Shown here: one piece after another, positions 44,519-52,948 of the stretch
Layout: every line of letters begins with the position of its first letter
Numbering within the stretch: the stretch's first letter is position 1
Assembly: GCA_937922805.1 (NCBI GenBank)
Contig: CALAJV010000013.1
Span: 8,879 to 72,878, forward strand
Source: an uncultured Acidimicrobiales bacterium
GTDB taxonomy: Bacteria; Actinomycetota; Acidimicrobiia; Acidimicrobiales; SZUA-35
Direction of reading: 5' to 3'
Length of the DNA: 64,000 nucleotides
Position numbers and translations under genes: made by a program
The notes under the pieces: generated by a model
The model's input: the letters and a program-made list of their open reading frames with translations, nothing else
Told to the model about the DNA's origin: nothing
Databases searched by the model: none

Positions 44519-46495
44519 TCAGCTCTCAATCCCAACCAAAGTGTTCGGCAAAATTTGCGCAGCCAAACATACGCCGTCTGCGCAGTCGGAATCCGGGTCT
44601 TCAAACGGAGCCGCTCCGTTTTTCATGTCGACAATGACTTGATCGGGGGTTAACCATGGGTTCTGCGACCAATAAATGGCGGCTGCTCCAGTAACGACTG
44701 GGGCCGCTATCGACGTTCCGCTGCTCGAAACCCAACCACCGGTAAAATCGTTGGCAGTCAGCGTTCGGTCGGCGGCATAGAGATCTATACACGGCCCGCT
44801 GTTGGAATGCGCGGGACGGTCACCCGGCTTGGTGATTGATCCGACTGTCAGCTGATGGTCAACAACACCGGCTGGCGAATAGTCGCAGGCGTCAGCGCCG
44901 TCGTTCCCGGCAGAAGTAACCACCAGCACTCCGGCATCGTTTAGCGCGCTAATTCGTTGGGCGTACGCTCCACCGTCTTTGACGTCCACTCCGATGCTCA
45001 TGTTGACGATCGCCCGACGGTTGCTTGTACGGTTCTGTTCAGCGATCCAATCCAAGCTTGCCAGCAGATCATCTTGGGAACCGGTATAGCCAAAGCCTGT
45101 TGATCCGTCTTCGTACCTAAGTTCGTGGCAAAATAGTGCTTCGACCGGAACGATCGTTACCCCAGAGGCAACACCGTGGTCGACTGACGACACCAGCCCA
45201 GCTACCTTCGTTCCGTGTGATGGGCCACAGCTGGCCGAGTCAAGAGGTCCACTAATTATGTTCGTCTCAACCTGGCCCTCGGCAACGCGGACGAGCGGTT
45301 CACCGTCCTCGGCCAAAGCCATGGCGAGATTGTTCTCGAGCTGCCTCGTTTGGCTGTTTCCGCCGGCGAACCCGTTGATGCTGCTGACGCCAGCTTGAAC
45401 GTTCACACCATCGAACGCATTGTGATCGATATCGACCACCGAATCGAGAACATAGACCGTGACACCTCGGCCATCGCCACCCGGGCGATATTCGCAGTTT
45501 CCGTCTTGCCCATCGAGAAATAACCTCCAATCGTCAGCCGAGGCTCTGCAGTTCGGTTCCCACGGTGAACGAGTCAGTTCTAGTCCAGATCCGAGGGCGG
45601 CAACTGCGCCTCCAAACGCGTCGTGCACGCTCTCGTCTGGCTCTTGTTCGACCCACCTATTTATCGTGACCGGGTCAGTGGTTCCGCTAAACTGGCGGGG
45701 TTCTCCATCGTCGAAACTTGCTACTGAGAAAGAGTCGTCCGGTCCAGCAAGCGGGCCGACCCATTTGGTTTCGGCCCCGACCGTGTCTACATAGTTGCCG
45801 TTGTGGTAGATGTTGTAGCCAGCGATAGTTCCCGAGTTACTGACCGACGGCGACCAACGCAGAACTACCCCATCGGGGCTATTCGTAGCTCGAACGTTCG
45901 TCGGCATCGACGGACGCTGGGCCTCGACGGGAGGATCGCCTTCATCGCCACCTATATCGACTTGGGGTGGCCGAAAGAAATCACCGGCGGTAAACGGATC
46001 GACTAGAGGAACTGAATCGGATTCGTTCGAAGGTAACGCCACCTCAGGCTCGGTTACGCTGGTGCGTTCAGGGTCGACAGCCGTAGTCACGTTTTGGGCC
46101 GGGTCCGAGTGCACGCTGAAATGCTGTTTCGTCGCATCAAAACTTGTGACCGTGTACTCGTTGCCGTCGACACCATCAATATCGGTCCAATTAGTGGCGG
46201 CGCCTTCAACGGTAGCCACGTAGTCGTCTCCGCGGTAGATGTTGTAGCCACCGATCTCGGTGTTGGCCGAAGCTGGGGCCCAGCTGATCGTTACCCCAGA
46301 TGACAAACGTTGTAGTTCCACCGAAGTCGGAGGGTTCAACAAGGGCGCGTTGTCGCTAGTAGCACCGCCACTATCATCAAGCGGCAAAGTCGATTGGCTA
46401 TCACTATCGGTGTCAGCCGCCGCTGGGCCAGCCAATGCCACCGTGGCTGCTAATGCCAGGGCCGCCGTCGCTGATTTTTTGGTACGCCACTTCAT
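44519..46495 (-). CDS. Secreted S8 subtilisin-like protease with two N-terminal FN3-like domains
   Basis: Signal peptide MKWRTKKSATAALALAA..AAA; triad VYVLDS / SHGTKVAG / SGTSIAAP; SAGND oxyanion Asn. Confidence 0.92.
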   Translation of the reverse strand: MKWRTKKSATAALALAATVALAGPAAADTDSDSQSTLPLDDSGGATSDNAPLLNPPTSVELQRLSSGVTISWAPASANTEIGGYNIYRGDDYVATVEGAATNWTDIDGVDGNEYTVTSFDATKQHFSVHSDPAQNVTTAVDPERTSVTEPEVALPSNESDSVPLVDPFTAGDFFRPPQVDIGGDEGDPPVEAQRPSMPTNVRATNSPDGVVLRWSPSVSNSGTIAGYNIYHNGNYVDTVGAETKWVGPLAGPDDSFSVASFDDGEPRQFSGTTDPVTINRWVEQEPDESVHDAFGGAVAALGSGLELTRSPWEPNCRASADDWRLFLDGQDGNCEYRPGGDGRGVTVYVLDSVVDIDHNAFDGVNVQAGVSSINGFAGGNSQTRQLENNLAMALAEDGEPLVRVAEGQVETNIISGPLDSASCGPSHGTKVAGLVSSVDHGVASGVTIVPVEALFCHELRYEDGSTGFGYTGSQDDLLASLDWIAEQNRTSNRRAIVNMSIGVDVKDGGAYAQRISALNDAGVLVVTSAGNDGADACDYSPAGVVDHQLTVGSITKPGDRPAHSNSGPCIDLYAADRTLTANDFTGGWVSSSGTSIAAPVVTGAAAIYWSQNPWLTPDQVIVDMKNGAAPFEDPDSDCADGVCLAAQILPNTLVGIES

Positions 46496-46600
46496 GCTGT
46501 CAACCCCGCCTTGTCCGACTCGAGCCAGTTTTTTGACTACATACTTAACTCGAACAACCACCCCTCAACGGGGGACCAACGGTGGAAACAAAGATGAGCG

Positions 46601-47944
46601 TTAGTCGGCGTCTATAGGGCCGAAATCATCCCAACTAGCTGAAGGCCGAGTCGGCGCTATGGGTTTTGCCGTTTCCTCGACTGCCTGATCGACCTCGCCG
46701 TCATCGTCGCTCTCAAGCTTCGTTGTGCCGACTAGAACTGCAGCCATCACGGTGGTGACCGGAACCGCGGCCACGAGCCCGATTGAGCCGCAGAGAGTGC
46801 GGACAATCTCGACCGCGACAATTTCGGAGTTGGCCACAACACCAAGCGGCTGGTCGGACGCAGCAAACACCAACAAAAGTGGCATGCTTGCTCCGGCGTA
46901 CGCCAGGAGCAGAGTGTTGACGGTGGAGGCAATATGTTCTCGACCGACCCGAATCCCCGATGTGATCAGCTCGGCAATCGTCAGCTTCGAATTGCGATGA
47001 CGAAGTTCCGCTACTGTCGCCACCTGAGTTACCGTCACGTCGTCGAGTGCTCCGAGTGCACCGATAACCGCTCCGCCAAGCAGCAGCGACGAGAGGTTCA
47101 CGTCTGCGATTAGCGGCAGCGTTAAGCCCTCCTCTGTGGCCAACCCGCTGAAGTTTGCGGCGTCAAAGAACAAAGCTGATATCACCAGAGTCAAAACCAG
47201 CGAAGCTAAGGTCCCGGCCAACGCCACCGTCGTCGTCGGGGTGAACCCATGCGTGAGGTAAAGACTTAGGAACGCTATGGCGGCACCAGCCACTACCGCC
47301 ACAAGAATTGGGTCGTTGCCATCCAACACCGACGGAGCCACGAAACCGACCAGCACAACCACCGTTATCGCCATAGCGGCCAAAGCCGACAGGCCACGCC
47401 AACGACCGAGAGCAACCACAACTACAGCGAACAGCACAGTTAGCCATAACAACGTGTTGCCACGGTCACGGTCTCCGTAGAAATAGAAGTCGGTCGATGG
47501 TTCGTATCCAAGTACGACATTGTCGCCGGTTTCCAAAGAGGGCGCAGGGGCGAGCGACGTCAGGTTGTATTCTGGCAGGGTTATAAGCTCCCCAGCATCA
47601 GGCCCTTCTTTCATCGTAAAGAAGAAGCTCACGCAATCTTGAGGGTTGTCGGGCGGTGCGTAGGTGCATTCGGCCTCGACGACTGACTCAACCGTCGCAT
47701 CGTATTGTTCGGTAACCAACCCGAGTTCGGCCGCTTCGTCGATTACAAGCGCTCGACCGCTACCGTCGGGCCACAGCAATGCCAACCCGATTACTGTCAA
47801 AACGCCGAGAGCGACGACGAGACCGAGAATAACTCGAAGCCCTGGGACCCCAAGCCAAACCGCCCAACTTCCTTCAAGGCCATGTCCGTGCCCATGACTG
47901 TGTCCGTGCCCGAGGTCAGGTTGAATCGGTTTTTCATCGCTCAT
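46601..47944 (-). CDS. YibE/F family membrane protein
   Basis: His-rich N-terminus, GALGALDDVTVTQ, GREHIASTVNTLLLAYAGASMPL, EIVRTLCGSIGL. Confidence 0.92.
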   Translation of the reverse strand: MSDEKPIQPDLGHGHSHGHGHGLEGSWAVWLGVPGLRVILGLVVALGVLTVIGLALLWPDGSGRALVIDEAAELGLVTEQYDATVESVVEAECTYAPPDNPQDCVSFFFTMKEGPDAGELITLPEYNLTSLAPAPSLETGDNVVLGYEPSTDFYFYGDRDRGNTLLWLTVLFAVVVVALGRWRGLSALAAMAITVVVLVGFVAPSVLDGNDPILVAVVAGAAIAFLSLYLTHGFTPTTTVALAGTLASLVLTLVISALFFDAANFSGLATEEGLTLPLIADVNLSSLLLGGAVIGALGALDDVTVTQVATVAELRHRNSKLTIAELITSGIRVGREHIASTVNTLLLAYAGASMPLLLVFAASDQPLGVVANSEIVAVEIVRTLCGSIGLVAAVPVTTVMAAVLVGTTKLESDDDGEVDQAVEETAKPIAPTRPSASWDDFGPIDAD

Positions 47945-48142
47945 TGAAAAACATCATAGGACGCTATGAGCACGCCATGACCGACCGACCCCTCAGCAAA
48001 TAGCGAGGCAAAGGAATCGACCGCAGTTTGACCGTGGCTTGACTAGATCGGTTCGGCACGGTCAGCGAAGCCGAAGCAATACTGGTCGGCTAAGAAACAT
48101 TTTGTGGATACAGCCTTGTTCGTGATGGTCTAGCAGTTCGAA

Positions 48143-49183
48143 TCACCGCGTCGGCGACGGGGCGTAAGCGTTGAGGACCGGGGCAAGTTCGGCCGGGGTC
48201 GACCCGTGAAGGATGACTCCGTCGACCCCAATCGCGAATTGCTGATGTATCGTCTCGACACATTGTTCCGGAGATCCATACGCAGCGGGGGCCAACCAAT
48301 CGTCTGGAATCAACGATGCGACGTAGCTCAGCTCGTCGGTTGTTGCTTTGGCATCAATCGACCCATTGAACGCGGCAACAAATGGATCTCCCCTGAACGC
48401 CGTCAGAACCGCCGGGTCCCAGCCATTGGTCGCAACCATTAGATCGCCATATGCTTGCAAGTAGGTTGCTAGCCGCCCTACGGACTTCTTCAAACGAGCC
48501 GGTTCCGGAAGGTGATCGCCAATTGTGGCCAGACACGACCAAACTCGGACCGTCGATGGGTCACGACCAGCTTTTTCTGCCGCCTCTTTGACCGTTGCCA
48601 CGCACCGAGCAAGCGTTTCATCGGTAAAGAACGTGTGGAGAATCACATCGTCAAAGACTCGACCGCCGAGAGCGAGACTGTTGGGTCCGAATGCTACCAA
48701 TCCGAGCGGAATATCTTCGTCGAAGCCGGAGTCGAGCCGCAGCGCTGGCCACGACCCGGCTGGACCGCTGTGACCGACGATGGTCTCACCTTTCCATAGG
48801 CGACGCATCAGATTCGCAAAGTCCTCCATTTGAGCGGTCGTAATTCGCTCCATGCCAAAGGCATCTTGAAGCCGGGGAATCCCCCGGCCAATCCCGAGTG
48901 TGAACCGACCACCGGTGAGAAAGTGCATCGTCGTGGCGTACGATGCCGACACAATGGGGTGACGGGTGTTGTGGTTGGTGGCCGCGGTGATGATTCGCAT
49001 TTGGTTGGACGCCACGGCTGCGGCCCCACTTAAGGTCGCCGCTTCCTTCACGTTGAATCGCTCGGAGATAAAGCACGCACCAAGTCCTAACTCTTCGGCC
49101 TGGCGGACCTCACTAATTAGCTCGCGAGGGCTGTCCGGCGCCCCGGCCAACGTGAAGAAGCCGAGTTCAGGAAATGACGTCAT
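48143..49183 (-). CDS. LLM-class, probably F420-dependent, oxidoreductase
   Basis: ISERFNVKEA, ATNHNTRHP, GGRFTLGIGRG, VILHTFF, DGVILHG. Confidence 0.88.
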   Translation of the reverse strand: MTSFPELGFFTLAGAPDSPRELISEVRQAEELGLGACFISERFNVKEAATLSGAAAVASNQMRIITAATNHNTRHPIVSASYATTMHFLTGGRFTLGIGRGIPRLQDAFGMERITTAQMEDFANLMRRLWKGETIVGHSGPAGSWPALRLDSGFDEDIPLGLVAFGPNSLALGGRVFDDVILHTFFTDETLARCVATVKEAAEKAGRDPSTVRVWSCLATIGDHLPEPARLKKSVGRLATYLQAYGDLMVATNGWDPAVLTAFRGDPFVAAFNGSIDAKATTDELSYVASLIPDDWLAPAAYGSPEQCVETIHQQFAIGVDGVILHGSTPAELAPVLNAYAPSPTR

Positions 49184-49362
49184 CTCCCCAACCTACGATC
49201 CTCGCCTACTGTCAGCAAATGCCCAAGCAGCCTCACCGGAAGGCTGGCCATCATCTGGGTGCTCAACCTTGAGGGTTGGTACTGGGCGTAAAGTACGACC
49301 CAGATGATGGCCGCGGCGGCTGATCGACAACTGATGCTCGTTGCCGCAGATATAGGCAAGTG

Positions 49363-52017
49363 CTAGTTAGTACTGATGGCGTCCAGCACGTTGAGCCTGC
49401 TCGCTCGGAACGCTGGCAGCAGGGCGGAGATCAACCCGGCGACCGATGCGATCAGAACGAGAATCGCAATGCGGGCCCATGGCACAGAAAACGTCGACAG
49501 AATGTCGTCAGGGATCGCGGCAACCAGGAGCGCACCGAGACCAAGACCAATCGCTGCTCCGAGGATGGCTCCGACAGCTGAGATTATTGCCGCCTCCCAC
49601 CGGATCATGCGTCGAGATTGGCGTCGGGTCATGCCTACCGCCCGTAGCAAACCGATTTCCCTGGTCCGTTCGAACACCGACAGGGCCATCGTGTTGGCGA
49701 TTCCAACCAGAGCGATCAGAATGGCGAGACCAAGCAAAGCGCTAAGCAACGAAGTGAAGTCATCGACAAATCCGGAGAATGTCTCCCGGGCCTCAGCCGC
49801 TGACTGGAACTCCAAATTCGGATAGTCCTCCCCGAGTTCGGCAAAGCGAGCGTCAGCATCAGCGGTTGAAACGCTGTCCGCTTTCAGGGCGGCGGCAAAG
49901 TCCGAAGTGGGCTGGTCCGAGATCTGCTCGTACCGGTCGACGGTTACTAGTAGTGGTGCCAGCAAGACTTCCTCGGTAAAGATGGCGACCACTTCAAGCT
50001 CAGCCACGTCACCATTGTCGAGCACCATTCGAACAGTGTCACCCAGCCCAAGGCCGTATCGGTCGGCCAAGCTGTCGTCTATTCCAACCGAATCGTTGTC
50101 GATTGCGCTCAACGATCCGTCGGTCGTGCCAACGTTGAACAGTTGTTCCGCTACCGAAAAATCGAGAGCGGCAACACCAGTTCCACTAGTCTCGCCGTCA
50201 ACGGGCTCGCCATCGACGACAACCTCGTTCTCCAAATCAACACCCCATAGGCGAACGCCGGTTACAGCAGTGAACATCGGGTCGTCGTCGATTCGTTGAA
50301 TCGCTTCGTCTGGAATGTCGAACGCTTGGGTGTTGACGATGTAATCAGCTTGAAGGCCCGCTTCAAATGTTTGCTTGATCTCCTTTTTGATTGAAGCACC
50401 AAGTACCAGAGCCATCGAAACTAACGAAAGGCCGATCATTAACGCCGACGCGGTTGAGGCGGTCCGCCGTGGATTGCGAGCAGCGTTTTCCTTAGCCAGT
50501 TGGCCTGGTTTGGCCAGAGCGGTCTCGAGCGGAAGGCCAAGCCCACGACTTAACGGGCCGGCCGCCAGTGGGCTCAACAATGTTAGGCCAACGAACAGAG
50601 CGGCAGCGCCGACACCGAGGCCCGTCAACGTTGATGAGGTTCCACCGAACACGAACAACGCCAGCCCCAGCAGTCCGGCACCACCAAGGGTGAAAATGCC
50701 ACCGAATATGTATCGTCGGGCCGATTTCTCAGTCGTCTCAATCGATCCCGATATGGCTGCGATTGGTGACGTGCGAGAAGCGGCAACAGCGGGCAGTAGA
50801 GAAGAGATAACGGTGACGACGGTTCCGATCGCAAGCGCCACAATGATCGTTAGCGGAGACAAGATGATATCGAACGGCGGTAGTGGAATTCCGAGAACTC
50901 CAAGAAGCGCGCTGAGTCCATAAGCTAACCCGATGCCAGCGCCAATACCGACGACCGAAGCGGCAAGCCCAATCAGGAACGACTCAATGATAACCGAGCG
51001 TCGAATTTGAGCCGGGGTGGCGCCGATCGCTCGAAGCAGTCCAAGTTCTCTGATCCGTTGACCAACAACGATTGAGAACGTGTTGGCAATAATGAAGATC
51101 GAGACGAAGAGTGAGATTAAGGCAAAGCCCAACAGTACCCATCCGAACAGGTCAATACCGGCGTTGAACTGAGCTGCAGTTTCGGCCGCAACGTCAGCCT
51201 GGTTCTGCACTAACACTCGATCTGTACCAACATCATCGAGATCAAACGACTCGATCTCGGCACCGTCGACATCCGGGTCGAAATCAACGCGACTGGTTGA
51301 GCCGGGTTCGTTGCCGAGCGTGACAGCCACCGTCTCTTGCAGTTCAGGAACCGGAACGGTGCCGTCGATTGAAATAGAAATGTCGTCCCACTCTCCAGCC
51401 GGGGATGAGAAGAACTCGCGGGCGGTTTGAAGGTCGAATGCCATAAGCGTCGCACCGTTTGTCGTATTGTCTTCCCCAAAGCGGAAGGTGCCAACTAATG
51501 TGGCCGACCGGTTACCAACTGGGGTGACGAATTCGTAGGTTTCGCCTTCGACGAAGCCGTGCTTGGCCGCCGCATCAATGTCGATTGCCCATTCCATTGG
51601 ATTAGTCGGTGGCCGACCGGCTACTAACGTAGTCGGATTAAGCACCTCGTCGACTGTCCACGCAAATGCGATCTGTGGAGGGCCGTTGGTCCCGATCGTG
51701 GTGCCGTCGGGCTTGATTGGCTGAATGCTGTTGTCAAAGCCAGAGAGGCTACCTTCGGCTACTCGAACACCGTCAAGATCATTGAGTAAAGCCAAGTCGG
51801 TGTCGGTCAACGGGTCGTCGGAGTCGGCGTCGAAGGTGGTAACAAGAAGATCTGTTCCTTGAACGATCTCTTCTGAGAGTCCAGCGAACGAATCCTTCAA
51901 ACCGTCACGCAGAACAAACGATGAGACTACAAACCCGACGCCAAGCACGATGGCGAGAGCGGTAAGGGCGAGTCGGACTGCATTAGCTGCAAGGTTTTTG
52001 ACTGCTAGGCGAAACAT
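49363..52017 (-). CDS. ABC transporter permease (duplicated FtsX/MacB type)
   Basis: RLALTALAIVLGV, NTFSIVVGQRIRELGLLRAIGA, RNPRRTASTA, ERTREIGLLRAVG. Start ATG 52017. Confidence 0.93.
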   Translation of the reverse strand: MFRLAVKNLAANAVRLALTALAIVLGVGFVVSSFVLRDGLKDSFAGLSEEIVQGTDLLVTTFDADSDDPLTDTDLALLNDLDGVRVAEGSLSGFDNSIQPIKPDGTTIGTNGPPQIAFAWTVDEVLNPTTLVAGRPPTNPMEWAIDIDAAAKHGFVEGETYEFVTPVGNRSATLVGTFRFGEDNTTNGATLMAFDLQTAREFFSSPAGEWDDISISIDGTVPVPELQETVAVTLGNEPGSTSRVDFDPDVDGAEIESFDLDDVGTDRVLVQNQADVAAETAAQFNAGIDLFGWVLLGFALISLFVSIFIIANTFSIVVGQRIRELGLLRAIGATPAQIRRSVIIESFLIGLAASVVGIGAGIGLAYGLSALLGVLGIPLPPFDIILSPLTIIVALAIGTVVTVISSLLPAVAASRTSPIAAISGSIETTEKSARRYIFGGIFTLGGAGLLGLALFVFGGTSSTLTGLGVGAAALFVGLTLLSPLAAGPLSRGLGLPLETALAKPGQLAKENAARNPRRTASTASALMIGLSLVSMALVLGASIKKEIKQTFEAGLQADYIVNTQAFDIPDEAIQRIDDDPMFTAVTGVRLWGVDLENEVVVDGEPVDGETSGTGVAALDFSVAEQLFNVGTTDGSLSAIDNDSVGIDDSLADRYGLGLGDTVRMVLDNGDVAELEVVAIFTEEVLLAPLLVTVDRYEQISDQPTSDFAAALKADSVSTADADARFAELGEDYPNLEFQSAAEARETFSGFVDDFTSLLSALLGLAILIALVGIANTMALSVFERTREIGLLRAVGMTRRQSRRMIRWEAAIISAVGAILGAAIGLGLGALLVAAIPDDILSTFSVPWARIAILVLIASVAGLISALLPAFRASRLNVLDAISTN

Positions 52018-52030
52018 CTGCTTCCCCCCC

Positions 52031-52795
52031 CTAGCTCTGGGCTGCGGCACGAACCGCAGCCAAGATCGAATCCGTGTCGGGCTCATGCATCTCGTTAACG
52101 ATCCGACCGTCGTTTAGAAACAACGCTCGATCGGTGTATGAAGCAGCGACTGGATCGTGCGTTACCATCACGATCGTCTGGCCAAAGTCGGTGACGGCAC
52201 GGCGCATAAAATCAAGAATTTCGCCGCCAGTTTGCGAGTCGAGATTACCGGTCGGCTCATCAGCAAAGATAACGTCCGGTCGAGAACTGAGCGCTCTCGC
52301 CACGGCCACCCGCTGCTGTTGACCACCAGAAAGCTCGCTGGGTCGATGACCGAGGCGATGTTCAAGACCTACCGCCTTAATAACTTGATCCAAATAGGCT
52401 TGGTCGATTGACCCTTTGCCCAAGTCTGCCGGCAACGTAATATTCTCTAGCGCGGTCAGGGTAGGTACCAAGTTGAACGCTTGGAAGACGAATCCGATCT
52501 TGGTTCGCCGGAGAATAGTCAGATCCTTCTCAGAAAGCTGCGAAAGAGCAGTCGAGCCGATGTAGGCATCACCGCTACTAAGCCGGTCTAACCCGGCTAG
52601 GCAGTGCATCAAAGTGGACTTTCCAGAACCGGAAGGGCCCATGATGGCTGTGAATTGGCCTGCCGCGAACGAGCAGTCAACCTCATTGAGGGCGACTACT
52701 TGAGTGTCGCCATCGCCGTAGATTTTGGTTGCTCCTCTGGTCCCCGCTGCCATCGGTCCAGTGGCGACTTGGTTGGTAGTTTCTGTTATAGCCAT
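52031..52795 (-). CDS. ABC transporter ATP-binding protein (LolD/MacB type)
   Basis: GPSGSGKS, LSGGQQQRV, FADEPTGNLD, VTHD. Confidence 0.96.
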   Translation of the reverse strand: MAITETTNQVATGPMAAGTRGATKIYGDGDTQVVALNEVDCSFAAGQFTAIMGPSGSGKSTLMHCLAGLDRLSSGDAYIGSTALSQLSEKDLTILRRTKIGFVFQAFNLVPTLTALENITLPADLGKGSIDQAYLDQVIKAVGLEHRLGHRPSELSGGQQQRVAVARALSSRPDVIFADEPTGNLDSQTGGEILDFMRRAVTDFGQTIVMVTHDPVAASYTDRALFLNDGRIVNEMHEPDTDSILAAVRAAAQS

Positions 52796-52868
52796 TTCAC
52801 GCTTGCCCTCTCAAGTTGTCGAACGTCAACAACTCTGGACCAAACGCTCCGCTGTGTCTGTTGGGGAC

Positions 52869-52933
52869 AACCCTGGTCTCTCCCCCATAACCCTTAGCTA
52901 ACCCTGAGACGATGACCGATACGTCTCAGGGTT
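52869..52933. promoter_or_regulatory. AACCCT repeat cluster with a perfect 12-bp inverted repeat (operator and/or terminator)
   Basis: AACCCT at 52869, 52889 and 52900; AACCCTGAGACG-N10-CGTCTCAGGGTT at 52900-52933, between the SGNH gene stop and the ABC operon start. Confidence 0.55.
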
Positions 52934-52948
52934 GCATTGACCGAAGGT

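Noticed and set aside
44395-44520. tRNA-Gly(CCC) as an integration site for a genomic island
   Set aside because: I found no duplicated tRNA 3' end or mobility gene downstream within the window (search by eye only).
49263-49279. Imperfect palindrome CAACCTTGAGGGTTG as a MerR or HspR operator
   Set aside because: It does not fit the HAIR consensus or a MerR promoter spacing, and is short enough to be chance.
52021-52031. C-homopolymer between the ABC ATPase and permease genes as a phase-variation tract
   Set aside because: Short and intergenic; it reads as the G-rich RBS of the permease, and both ORFs are intact.
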